Assembly (NCBI RefSeq): GCF_006345805.1 | Contig: NC_043000.1 | Location: 67,642,001 to 67,706,000, forward strand | Reading direction: 5' to 3' | Length of the DNA stretch: 64,000 nt | From: Octopus sinensis | Lineage: Eukaryota | Shown here: positions 38,166 through 51,317 of the stretch, one piece after another | Numbering within the stretch: position 1 is the first letter of the stretch | Layout of the letters: the number at the start of each line of letters is the position of its first letter | Translations under genes and position numbers: made by a program | Notes under the pieces: model-generated | Databases searched by the model: none | Seen by the model: only the letters and a program-made list of their open reading frames with translations | What the model was told of the DNA's origin: nothing

Positions 38166-41100
38166 CTATGATATTTCAAATAACAACGCGATGGAAAAAA
38201 TAAGTAATAGTATAAACACTCATTCAGTAAAGATGGATAGATTAGTTGGAAATTATAATCTCATTCGTGTTACTGTTTCACTTGACGCTGCTTGTGCAAG
38301 TGATGACATTCCCAAAGATATTGAAAAATGGGATCTTCCAGGCTGATGGTCGCAAGAAAGAAAATGAAATATTTCTGGTTAATTGGGATAAACTAATTCG
38401 AAAAGTCTAGATAGCAGTGTATGCTGCAAGTGTGATCTCCTTGGACTCGACAGAACACAAACAACTCAGTTGCCTCGCACGTGATGCAATATTACTCTGC
38501 TAGGCGTATGAGTTAGTGGTGACAAAACAAAAATAGTTTGCAAGTTTAAGAACAGGATTTTTAAGTACAAAAACTTTGCAACACGTTGTATATGCCTAAA
38601 AAGAAACAACGTTGAAATAGCTGATCAAAAAAGTATCTAGACATTTGGCGTATACGTCACTGAAAATAACGAAGCACAAATAGGTTGAATTTATATAATT
38701 GTATATAATATTATAAGAAATGTAAGTCATGCACAAATATAATACCGAATTGAAGAAAGAAACATGTTTGACTTAGAAAATGTTCTACACTCTCGTAAAT
38801 TGTCTGTAAGTATTGTACACCACATAGAGAGTCACATGCAAAAGACAGAGGTGAAGAATATAATTTCCAAATAATCTAAAATGTTTGTTATGATTTAAGA
38901 ATCTACTATTATTAATGGTAAAAATGTTCCAGTAGTCTGCCTGAGAACCATCGGTCCCTTTATAAGCTTCAGAGAAGTTATCACATGCTCCTTAAAGGTG
39001 CCTTGAATACAGTATTCCTAACCTTACAATTGATATTTGAGTTTGTGGCTCTATTTCCCAACCACTTTGATAAGTACCCCCTTGTCAAAAGTATAGGGCT
39101 TTCAAATAATCAATTCATACATTTACATTTTTTACGACTTTGACTTCAGTTTTGGATTCTCAGAATTTCTCTACATTTATTCAATACTTCCCAATTAGGT
39201 CTCATCTATAAACATTACACTATGAAACGTATTTGTTATCGCAACATGTACTGCTCTAAGCACACTGATAATCCATTCCTCATCGCGCTTATGAAGTCCA
39301 CCATTAATATGTCCATTTTGAGAGTTTCCGACATAGCAGAGTTCTTTTCTGTTTACTAATGCATTCTGCATTGGGTTTCTTCGAAAGGAGGTTCAGTATG
39401 TATGGTTTAGATGTTCATTTGATGATAACGTTTTCAGTCCTTAACTCAGTGTATGTAATCGCCAGTTGTTTGCCTGTATAGTATATATCGTGTTTTTTCA
39501 TGATCGTCAGTATAAGGCTTTTAAGAACCAGTCATAAATGAATTTTCAAGCAATTGCAGTGATCAGGATGAAGTTGTACAACGAAAACTTTGACACTTCA
39601 TGAAATAAATTATAAGTGAATTTAACAGTTTTTGTATTATTAAATGGTTCAGATGGCTCTTCCACAATGTCGTTGCCATATCGAAAATGTTATTAAAACG
39701 TATTTTCATATGATGTTGCAGATTAAGACAAAATTATGAATGCAACTATAAAAATACAAATGATTGGCAGAGTATATGGTGATATTTTCATAACACGCAA
39801 TCACAACAGGACGGAATTTGTTTTGTAGATTAGAATGCAAAATTTTACACTGATGTAGAAGTTCTTTGTTTAGCATATGAAATATAAGTGAATTTGAGAA
39901 TAATGAGAAAACCCATACGCAGGTTTGGAGTTGACAGGTATGTTTATATAGAACTTGATTAATTGAGACAGTGTAGGTAAGGTTTATCTGTAGCAACAAC
40001 ATTTTCAAAACATTACATAAAGACCAACAGCTCATTAAAAGTTTGATTTTCCTTAAAATGCTGATCAAAATGTATATTGGAAAGACTATACATACAGGTC
40101 TTAACTGCTTGATTCACGAAGGCCTATCAAGGCCGTTCGACTGAACCTTGTCCTTTGATTCCGTGTATGTTACTCAAGATGAACAATTTTACATTAGTGA
40201 TGTCTATCTAACATTGTCTACAAAGTTTATTACATTATCTTATTTTATTGGAAACAAGCATAATTTTTAATCCTGAGATCAAACATATATGTAACTTTCA
40301 GGAAGATATATTTTGGAGGGAGAGACTTACTCTGAAGATAATACCTTTAGAATCCCACTGTATGAATGGTGTTCTAATGGATAGTTATATTTCAAAATAT
40401 AACTAAACGCTAGACGTGCAATTATCGATAAAAAAATATTCCTAGTATTTTCTCTGAAATAATGATTTATTACATATTACAGATTTCTTGAAAACTGCCG
40501 CCTATGCTTTTAGAAGGCCTAGGAAAAGCAATTGATAAGCTTCATTAATTCTTTCCTTAGTAACAAGAATCTAGTTTGAGTTTCTATGATCAAGTTCTGT
40601 GAACTTAAAACATAGCCCAATATATATATTTATATTTATATAACTTAGAGTCTTCGTTATATTTGCCTCGGTTATATAAACTCTAATATTATATCCAATG
40701 GGACGAACGCCTCTGTTTGATTGGAATGCTAAAGATATTTACTGATAACGATACTTTTCAATAGTGCTATTTTCGGATAAGAAAAAAATTAATCTTCTAA
40801 CCACGGTAAGCAATATTTATAATATTTTCATTTACTGCAAATTTATATTTTTTCTCTTTGAAATATGTTTAATATTGTAAGCTGGTAAATTATTTGAATT
40901 CTATATGTATAATATCTTACTTAATAGCCTTCAATAATGTTCGCAATTTGATTTTCTGTAACATTCGAGCATGTGTCGGAACGAAAATATTTATTAAGTC
41001 AGTTTCCTATTTTAATATAGGTCAGTATATTAACGTAGGTCAGTTTATTAATATCTTTATGCATGTTAATAAAAATAGCAACAAATACACTGCAATAGGT

Positions 41101-41297
41101 AATTGCAACGAGACGGTTTTCCAAAATCAAGACAGCACTAGAAGAACGATACTACACATGCGGGAAAACATGAAAAGTTTAGATATTAAATAAAGAAAAG
41201 AAGACACATGCAGCAAACAAATGTGTGTGCGCGTTTTCCGTGCATACATGTAAGTGTGTTTGAGTACCATTTACACTTACATTACATGTAAGTGTAA

Positions 41298-41369
<72 letters not shown>

Positions 41370-42192
41370 TGTGTGTGTTTATTTTTATGCATAGGGAAAA
41401 CGTTGTTATGATGCAAAGTTTCTCGTGCAACCTTGCGTTATAACCCTCTTGAGATAGACTTAAATTATATCATATTGTAAAATAATCAAGGAATTATCTT
41501 CACCCAGAAGGCATAATTTTGCAGACATTGTGTTTGATAAAGAACATTTATAAACCTCAACTTGATTTGTTTCTATTCTATTTAAAGGGCTTTTTTAAAC
41601 TCAATATTCTTGATACAGTTAGTAAGTCTACTCTTGAATTCAGTAGTTTCTTCGATTCTACAACTACATTTCCTAATCGATTCGGAGAAGATATGCACTT
41701 CGATCGCTACAGTTTTGTTAGTATTGACTCTTTACAAAGAGAACTTGCGAAATTGGAGTCAGCCAACAAATATAGCTTGTCACTGTTAGTAAAACACTAC
41801 CAAGACTTAAAATATCATCTTTGTTGAAGCTAATATTTCCTGTTATCTCAGATTCATATATCACTTTTCGGCTTTGTCTGTCGAGCATTAATACAAATCA
41901 AATGCCTTAGGTCAAGCAAGTCCTTTAAAGCAGCAATCAATCCCATCATATAATACTTTCTAAAACAGTAATGTAGGTATTATGAGTTAATCCACATTAT
42001 TGATTTCAAATAGAAAATGTTATTATCTACTAATCCTCTTTCTACGTGTAAACAAGATTTCTATACATAATAGAGGTTATTGTAAACAGCGAAGGTAATA
42101 TTTATACAATACGTCTATGCTGATGATGGAATGATGACAATATTTACAGGTTCTAATATTGATATATGAGTTATATTATTTCTGATACAAAA

Positions 42193-42385
42193 GTGGCGAG
42201 CTGACAGAAACGTTACCGCGCCGGATAAACATGCTTTCTTTTATCGTCCATCGTTACGTTCTGAATACACAATCGACCAACGCCCACTATGCCTTTCGAC
42301 CTCTCGGGGTCGATAAAATAAATACCAGTTGAGCACTGAGTTCGATAATATCGACGAGCCTCATCACCGAAAATTTCAGGTCTTC
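42193..42385 (+). mobile_element. Diverged SINE family A copy
   Basis: Homologous to 1012-1250. Confidence 0.7.
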
Positions 42386-42402
42386 TATCTATAGTAGAAA
42401 GG

Positions 42403-42537
<135 letters not shown>

Positions 42538-42734
42538 CGGCAATAAGAAAATGGAGGAGATCAAGAGGTGGCATTCGTCAACTTTTAGACTATAACAATA
42601 TACATACATGTATAACATATTATGCTATACAGATATAAAAATACCAGTAATTATTAAGATATATAACGTAGAACATAGAACATGTTCTACGTTATATACA
42701 AATATATATACATGTACATATATATACATATATA

Positions 42735-42765
<31 letters not shown>

Positions 42766-43576
42766 CGACGGGCTTCTTTCAGTTTCTGTCTACCAAATCC
42801 ACTCACAAGGCTTTGTTCAGCGCGAGGCTACAGTAGAAGACACTTGCCCAAGGTGCCAGGCAGTGAGATTGAACTCGGAACCATGAGGTTGGGAAGCAAG
42901 CTTCTTACCACACAGTCACGTATGCGCCTACAGCCACGCCTGCACCACATGGGCTCAACTCACCTTCCCCCATCATCTAACCCTCTTCCTCTTACACCTA
43001 CTTCCTCCCACCCACCTCTCCTCTCTTGCTCTGGCACCTACTTCCTCTCTTCACTCCTACCAACCTTCTCCCTTCCATCCTCTCCTTTCATCGTCACCCC
43101 CTCCCTCGTTACGCCACCCCTGCATATTCCAACCCCACCCTTAGACCCCCACCCTTGTTTACCCACCCCGCCTCCCCCACAATTCAACACCACCACTACA
43201 ACACACACCACCACACCACACACCACCACACAACATCACACCACCCCGCACACACTAGCACTGACCACTTCCCAGCATCCACGCCACAGCACAAACTAGC
43301 ACTGACCGCTTCCCAGCACCTACACCATCATCCTCACACCTACACATGCATACACGCACACGTCAATGCCACCAGCCCCCTTCCACACGCACGCACACGC
43401 ACTTTAACGCTCTCACATACACGCACATGTCCACCTTCATTTTGGGATCGCCACTATTTTATTATCTCCCCTTCTTCCTAGCTCTCCTGTGTGACCCCTT
43501 TGTCCGGTATTCGCAATGATAGATCGCTAGCCACTAAACCTTTCTCTATTTTCTCTCCCTGTATATTTCTATGTTC

Positions 43577-43612
43577 CTTTCTGTCGAAGAGCGTAGGCTC
43601 GAAACGTAAAAG
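43577..43612 (+). ncRNA. Minimal hammerhead-like fold, 36 nt, non-canonical core
   Basis: cttt-CTGTCGA-a-gagc-gtag-gctc-GAAA-c-GTA-aaag; stem I cttt/aaag, perfect stem II, palindromic ACGU stem III. Confidence 0.55.
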
Positions 43613-43700
43613 ACTTTCTCACTTCCCGAGCGTTAAACTAATACATCAGTGTGTTGTTTACACACCCGTCTTCGTCTTTTGTTTTTTTGTAAATTCTCAC

Positions 43701-44010
43701 TATATATATAACTGAGAGTACATGTCTGTTTGTGTGTCTGTATGTGTGCATCACTAGAACTCGAGAACTACCAAAACGATTTCATTCAAATCTTACACAT
43801 GACTTATTTAGGGTCCATGCAATATCATGGGCCAAAAGAATTTTCAACTTCTTGCCTTCTTGAGCCCGGAGCGATCTCTTATCTCTTACACTATTTCAGT
43901 ATTACGTGTCAAAAGTGAAACAAGATCTCCATTGTATTGTGAGATAATACTTTCAGTTTAATACGTCCACTATTATATACTTTCGCTATTAATACTGAAA
44001 CTACTATCTC
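43701..44010 (+). mobile_element. Possible Helitron/HINE-like 5' fragment
   Basis: Starts TATATATATAA, then TGTCTG repeats and CGATTTCATTCAAATCTTACAC, resembling non-autonomous rolling-circle elements. Confidence 0.35.
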
Positions 44011-44196
44011 ACATATATACATGTATACACACACATACATATGTATATACATTATATATATGCATGTATATATGTGTATATATATTTGCACATATATATG
44101 TATGTATATATAGATGTATATGTATATAAACATGTATATATAGAGAGATTTAAATGTATGTGTATGGATGTATATATATATATGCATATATGTATG

Positions 44197-44239
<43 letters not shown>

Positions 44240-44437
44240 ATAAATATATGTATGCATGTATATATGTGTATGTATATGTGTACATATATATGTATGCATT
44301 TATATGTATATATGTATTTATAAATATATATATATGTGTGTATATATATATATTTAGGTATATATACATATAAATATGCGTATATATATATGTATGCATG
44401 TATATATGTGTGAATATATGTGTACAAATATGTTAAA

Positions 44438-44503
<66 letters not shown>

Positions 44504-44802
44504 TTGTAAATTTATAGATGCATATATACAGATGTATATGTGAGAGAGAGAGAGAGATTTATATGTATACATTTGTATATATATCTAGATCTATATGCAT
44601 ATATATGTATGTATATGGAGACGTATATATATATGTATATACATATATACATATATACATATATATATATATATACATATGTGTGTGTGTGTATGTATGT
44701 ATGTATGTATATATATGTGCATATATACATGTGTATATATATAGATGTATTTATATATGCATGTATATATATACATATGCATATACATGTATATATGTAT
44801 AT

Positions 44803-44846
<44 letters not shown>

Positions 44847-44885
44847 ATATATATGTATGTAAGTATGTATGTATATATTTATATA
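44010..44885. repeat. About 0.9-kb degenerate TA/TATG/TG microsatellite field
   Basis: Direct inspection. Confidence 0.95.
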
Positions 44886-44979
44886 TATTGATAAAAATAG
44901 TAAGAAAGAGATCTCGATATTGTGTAAATAGAAGAATTTATCTGTAAATGTAATATGTGAAACGTTTTTCCGATGGCCG

Positions 44980-45040
44980 GATAACTGAAGAGATGGCGGC
45001 GTGGATTTCCACCTCGGCATCCGAAACTCGGAGTTTTATC
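44980..45040 (+). ncRNA. Type-I hammerhead ribozyme inside a 22-bp inverted repeat
   Basis: gataa-CTGAAGA-gatg...catc-c-GAAA-ctcgga-GTT-ttatc; stem I gataa/ttatc; flanked by perfect IR 44939-44960 / 45059-45080. Confidence 0.7.
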
Positions 45041-45075
45041 ATGGCTACCAAACAATTGTCACATATTACATTTAC

Positions 45076-46308
45076 AGATATGGTTCAACATCAGCCGCCT
45101 TCCAAATAAAAAACGGGGTAAAGCAAGGTTGTGTCCTCGCTCCTACATTATTTGGCATCTTCTTCTCGCTCTTGTTCTCAGTTGCCTTTCAGACATCAGA
45201 TGATGGAGTGTTCCTGCACAGTAGAAGTGACGGGAAACTGTTCAATCTCTCGCGCCTGCGTGCCAAGACCAAAATCAGAAGCGTTCTGATCAAGGAGATG
45301 CTATTTGCTGATGATGCCGCTCTGGTATCACACACAGAAGAAGCCCTCCAAAGGCTCATTAACTGTTTTGAGCAAGCATGTAACGACTTTGGCTTAGCTA
45401 TCAGCCTTAAGAAGACCAACATCATGGGTTAGGCTACATCGGACATCCCAAACATACATATTGGAGACCACAGATTACAGGAGGTGGAGAAGTTTACCTA
45501 TATTGGCTCTACCGTCACCTACAACCTATCCCTTGACGCTGAGCTCAATATACGCTTTGGCAAGGCAGCTGCTGCGATGGCCCAACTCTCCAAACGGGCT
45601 TGGGACAACAATAAGCTGACCAAGACCACGAAAATGAAGATCTACCAGGCATGTGTACTCAGCACTCTACTGTATGGAAGTGAGACCTGGACGCTATACA
45701 CACGCCAAGAGCGTCGCCTAAACATCTTTCACCTGCGCTGCCTCCGGAAAATCCTTCGCATCAAATGGCAGAATCATATCTCCAACAAAGATGTCTTCAA
45801 GCAAGCAGGAATACCAAGCATGTTTGCACTCCTCACACAAAGACGTATGAGATGGCTTGGGCATGTTAGCCGTATGAAAAATGGCAGAATCCCCAAGGAC
45901 ATACTCTACGGAGAGCTTGCTAGGGGTACTAGGTCTGTGGGAAGACCGTTCTTACGTTACAAGGATGTTTGCAAAAGGGACATGAAGGCCTGCAACATCA
46001 ATATTAGCAATTGGGAAGCAGTTGCCAGCAACCGTGGAGAATGGCGACGTACCGTAAAAGAGGAGTGACAGGGAGAGAGAGGAGAAATGGAAAGACAAGA
46101 AAAGACGTCAACAAGAAACTATGACATTACAACCAGCCAGGAACAGTCTTCGCTACATTTGCGGTACCTGCCAGAGGGAGTGTTTGTCCAGGATAGGACT
46201 ACACAGCTACAGCAGGAAATGTATCAGGACATGAAATGTAAAAGCCGGACTAGACTATTTTATGCGCAACTCCATTGTCTCCCGAGACAAAAAGGATGCC
46301 AACCAATA
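45076..46308 (+). mobile_element. 5'-truncated RTE-clade LINE (RT domains 5-7 and thumb)
   Basis: GVKQGCVLAPTLF, LFADDAAL, LLYGSETW, RWLGHV.RM...RIPK.ILYGEL..G.R..GRP; ORFs 45001-45432 and 45484-46068 share a frame split by one TAG; RTE-type 3' end GAGACAAAAAGGATGCCAAC. Confidence 0.95.
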
Positions 46309-46608
46309 TGTGTGTGTGTGTGTGTGTGTGTGTTTTCGCGTGTGTGTGTGTATGCATGTGTGTTGATATATATATATGTATGTATAAAAATGGTTTTATA
46401 TATGTATGCACATATATACATATGTATATATGTGTGTGTATGTGTCTGTGTTTGTACCCCCACCATCGTTTTACAACAAATGTTGCTGTGTTTACGTCCC
46501 CGTAGAATAAATACTAAGCTGACAAGGAATAAATACTGGGGTCGACTAAAGGCGTTGCTCCAGCGCGTCCACCGTTACATGACCGAAAAAAGTAAGACAA
46601 TAAAAAAA

Positions 46609-46995
46609 ACTAGCCCATTTTTATCCCGAGCAACGCCGGGTATCTTTGCTAGTCTATATATATAAAGTGAAGTTGTCTGTGTGTGCGTGTGTGTGTGTGG
46701 CAGGTTTTGCAGCCTTCAACTAACACTATCTCCTCCGAGACCCTGCAGCGCAAGTTGACCAAAATTGAGAGTATGATAGAAGAAGGGTTGTTCTTCATTT
46801 CGTAGAAGAAAAAATTCAAATCGGACCATGAAAAGACCAAAACTTATTTACATCAAAAAGGTGCTTTTTTTCTCTGAAAATCCCTATTTTTCACGATTTT
46901 TTCAGTGCGGTGTCGCCGTTTTTCGGTGTATTTCAACCAGAAAAATGTTCACTTAAAGAGAATAACAAGCTACATAATGCAAAATTTTTGTTATT
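46609..46995 (+). mobile_element. Helitron-like 3'/5' junction and 5' body
   Basis: Hairpin cccg-agcaacgc-cggg, then CTAG (46649-46652), immediately followed by TCTATATATATAAA. Confidence 0.55.
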
Positions 46996-48349
46996 GTCAT
47001 TGTAGTTTTTGTTGTGTAACTCCAATCAGACCTGAACTAACAGTCCCAGGTTCAAAAACATTCTAGCCGCGACGATAACAAAAACAATCTAGCCGCGACA
47101 ATAACGTTATCCAACGTATCTTTTTTAATTTTGTAGGGTGTTATTTATGAAAGTTTAGGCTGCTATTTCTAGCAGGTCGAGTGACTATATAGAGGTGGCA
47201 GGCAAATGTATGGGAGTCTACTAATGTGTATCATCATATCTTGCAAGACAGGACGTATCTAAACATAACGTGAACTCCAAATACAAAGTCACTTGAAGCA
47301 TGCAACATTTCTTGCGATTTTATGTTCAGGTGTAGTAATTAATTTACAATTCATAAACATCAAAAAAATTACAAATTTCTCATAATTTTAGTTTTAGTTA
47401 ACCTTTATGAATTTTAAAATAAACAAGAGAAAGCAAACGCATCTTAAACACAAATTAAGCTTATCTAAAACACATCTTAAATACATCGTGAACATATTTT
47501 AAACACAACTTAAGTACATAAAAAAAACACTTTACCAAGCTCAGATTACTTCTATATTTGTCTTGATGAGGATTTACTTAACCGAAAACACAAGTATGAT
47601 AGCGTTAATTACATACTTAATCTTTTGCAATTAGCAGTATCCATTTAAGGATAATCTGACTTATTGATTTCAAGAAGAGTGAGGAGGATAGGGACTTGTG
47701 TTTTGGTTACATACGCGGTTTGATGGGAATTTACCATATATATGTCATAACGTGCGTCATTTTTTTCAAATACACTTGCTCACATTCACCTGTACACACA
47801 CACTTATATGTACATTTATACGCATGTATAAACACACGCATACGCATACATACGCACATGCATACACACGCACAAACATGCACACGAACACGCATACAAA
47901 CGCACATGCATACACACGTGCGTGTGCGTATATGTGTGTGCGTGTATGTGTGCACATCTGTGTGTACATGCGTGCGTGCGAGTGTGTGTGTGTGTGTTCA
48001 AATCGTCATTAGCAAGGAATTATGTAACTGTGTATGTTAAACTGTCGGCATCTATTTGGAAATGAGAACAATGCTATAACGAAGGGGTCAAACCAGATCG
48101 GTAATCGCCTTACGTTGGCTCTCGACTCTTAAAAGAACAAAAAAATCATCTGATAGTCTTCCAACCCGCTTCAATTTCAAGACCTATGTATTTTTTCTTG
48201 AAGATATTTTCCCTTCCTCCAGAGTTGCTAATAGTTTTCATTTTCTGGTCGTGACGGACATTTTAATAAATTAAGAATTTTTCGTGAAAACTTGTACTTT
48301 ACAAATCGTCGACTTTGTAATCCAAATTCATGTCACTAGGCTCTTCGAG

Positions 48350-48597
<248 letters not shown>

Positions 48598-48749
48598 TCA
48601 AAATAAGCAAAAAGGATATCCAGAGATAATGCAGTACGATCGTTTCACGCAACTCCATTTAATTGAACAATGCAATCATTACATCAATTTAAAGGCAGAG
48701 CAATCCTCAGCTGCACAAAGACATAGAATTTAATTAAATTAAAATAGAT

Positions 48750-50040
48750 GGACACATTAGTATAATTTTACCTAGAATCTCCAAGAAGTTAAGGAGATAG
48801 ACAAAGAACATGCTGCCTTCACTTCAGCTTAGAAGCTTCTAAGGTATTAGGAAGAAAGACTTGTTACAGATTTTGCTTGTCACTGTTTTATGGGGTCAGT
48901 TTTAATTTATAGACTAGTTTATCAAATCCTTGTATATCTAAGGCCGATAGAACAAGGGGCAGTGTCTGTTAGGGATAGGGCTGAGGGAGTTAACAGAAAT
49001 CATAGTGAGTATGGTCATTAAAAAAATCAAGATATATTAGAAGCAATATCATGAGATTTGGTAAAGGAAAACTTAAATCAAGATGTTAGCTGATAATTAA
49101 GGGGGCCGCCACTATTAGACCATTGATAATGAAACAGGGGAAATCTTATCATGTAGTACTACAGTTAAATATTTTAAACAATATTGCTATATTGTATAAA
49201 GTTAAAGTTTAGAGTTATTCAGAGGATTATTAAGAAGAATATTATAACAAAAGGGTAAAAAGTTTTTTGAATACTTTTGAGTATATACCAAACTTTTACC
49301 ACAATAGAGGGAGGAAAAGAAATTATCTAGAAATAGTTTAATATTTATACATATTATATACTTAAATACCAACTTATCAGAAGGTATCTATGGATATTGA
49401 TCAATTGGTATATACTGGTATTTAATAAAGGAGTACTGAGGTAAAAGAACATGCTAACTATATATTAATTAAGTTATAATTTAAGCAGTTTATTTTAAGT
49501 AGTGAATATACCAGTATTGTTTTATATAAGCTAAGTATGAATTTATAGAGGTACAAAAATTAGATTTATTTTATAAATAAGTAAAGGCTATTACAAAATA
49601 ATAAAGAAATAAAATAATCAGGTAGGGCAGAACACCATAGAAAAGGAATAAAATAGCTTAATCACTAAATACATGATACAGAATAGGTAGCTTATTAACA
49701 ACAATAGAGAAGATTTATAGAAAATGTATAATAATTCAAAATATATTAAACTAATAATCATATATTTACTCATTTAGCTAGTATCAATAATGACTGATAC
49801 ATGGTATTAGCTGAAGGAATATTTATGTTATAGGACATTCTAATTTTAAACAATTTATTTTAAACTAAGGGTTATATTATAGATTTTAGAAGTTATTGTT
49901 ACTCCATACATGATATTTATAGTTTCTTAGGGGTACTTAATTGGAAGGGCAACTTATGTAAAGGCCCTTATAAATGCTAAGATCAGGAGGGTAGAGCACT
50001 TTAAGAAAGGGATTAATCAAGTAATTTCTAAAGATCATTT
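48750..50040 (-). mobile_element. Very degraded, AT-shifted CR1-group LINE 3' half (tentative)
   Basis: Minus strand has GVPQG-like (49273-49290) and YADDSTL-like (49180-49198) relics in the right order and spacing, and a PKK-like motif near 49930. Confidence 0.3.
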
Positions 50041-50120
50041 CAAACAGTATTGCCATATTGTATAAACCGTACTAAATTCTGGTACCAAATTCATCTGAAT
50101 CTAGATAGATTGATAGATTT

Positions 50121-50974
50121 CTTTATTAGCCACACAGGGCTCGACACAGAGGGGATAATACAATTTAGAGATTTTCTTTTCGAAAATATAGGGACAACGA
50201 TCAAAAGGGATCGAAATCGTTTGGGATGTACAAAAAAATCGAAATGGTAGTATAAAAAACAGAGTTCCGAAAAGTGGGTAGGTTTAACCGTGGAAAGAAA
50301 AACCTACGAAAAGACCACGGTAACCTCGGGTAATGATGTCATACAAAAGCACATTACAGTTACTCATTTCTTTTCATTTCTTTTCTTTTTTGGTTCATAG
50401 AATTATGCTCAAGGTGGCTCTGTCGTTCACACGTGCCATCCTTGCTACTTTCACCCATCTTTTATTGAAACATACACTAAGCAAAACTTCTCTCTCTACT
50501 CTCACCTTCCTTTTCAGGTGGTACGTGAAGAAGCTGACGAGAGGTTTGACCAGAAAGGAAAGTGCTTGTCTCTAGGCCTTTCAGACGCGTCCCGCCATAG
50601 CCAGAAGTACGATGAAAATGGCTCTTCCTTCCGGTTTGAAGGAAGGAGGCGCGACAATATTGACGACAGACTCGGCTGATAAACCAACTCGTCCCACACG
50701 CGACAGCAGTCGTTCGACATAAGCCCACAGGTCGCAAATAGTAGGGCACTGTACGAGTGCGGGCAGAACAGTTTCGTCGCTCTGACCGCATCTCGGACAG
50801 GTCGGCCCGGTGTTTCTGGGGCCATGTCTGTAGAGCTTATCTCGAACGGGTAGCGATTTTCGATAGCACTGCAAGGCCAGGGATCTCTGGAAGTTGTCCA
50901 TACGTCCAGGCCCGAAAGTTGTCTTGAACAGGCGGGCCAGGTATTCCCCGTCGACGCCCAGGTTCTCCCCGAGA
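50121..50974 (-). mobile_element. Tx1/L1-clade LINE 3' end (zf-RVT region and 3' UTR)
   Basis: [21 protein letters not shown]...[19 protein letters not shown]...LW; AATAAA near the 3' end. Confidence 0.85.
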
Positions 50975-51228
<254 letters not shown>

Positions 51229-51317
51229 CTTAGCAGTCACTTCGAAGTGAGTGTAACTTCATAGCAAGTACCATACTTTCTTTGTAATGCAGTAAATGTA
51301 CACCAGGATCCACCACT

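Noticed and set aside
48700-50040. Possible nuclear mitochondrial insertion because of AT richness
   Set aside because: No mitochondrial gene, tRNA or rRNA motif recognised; LINE-like motif relics fit better.
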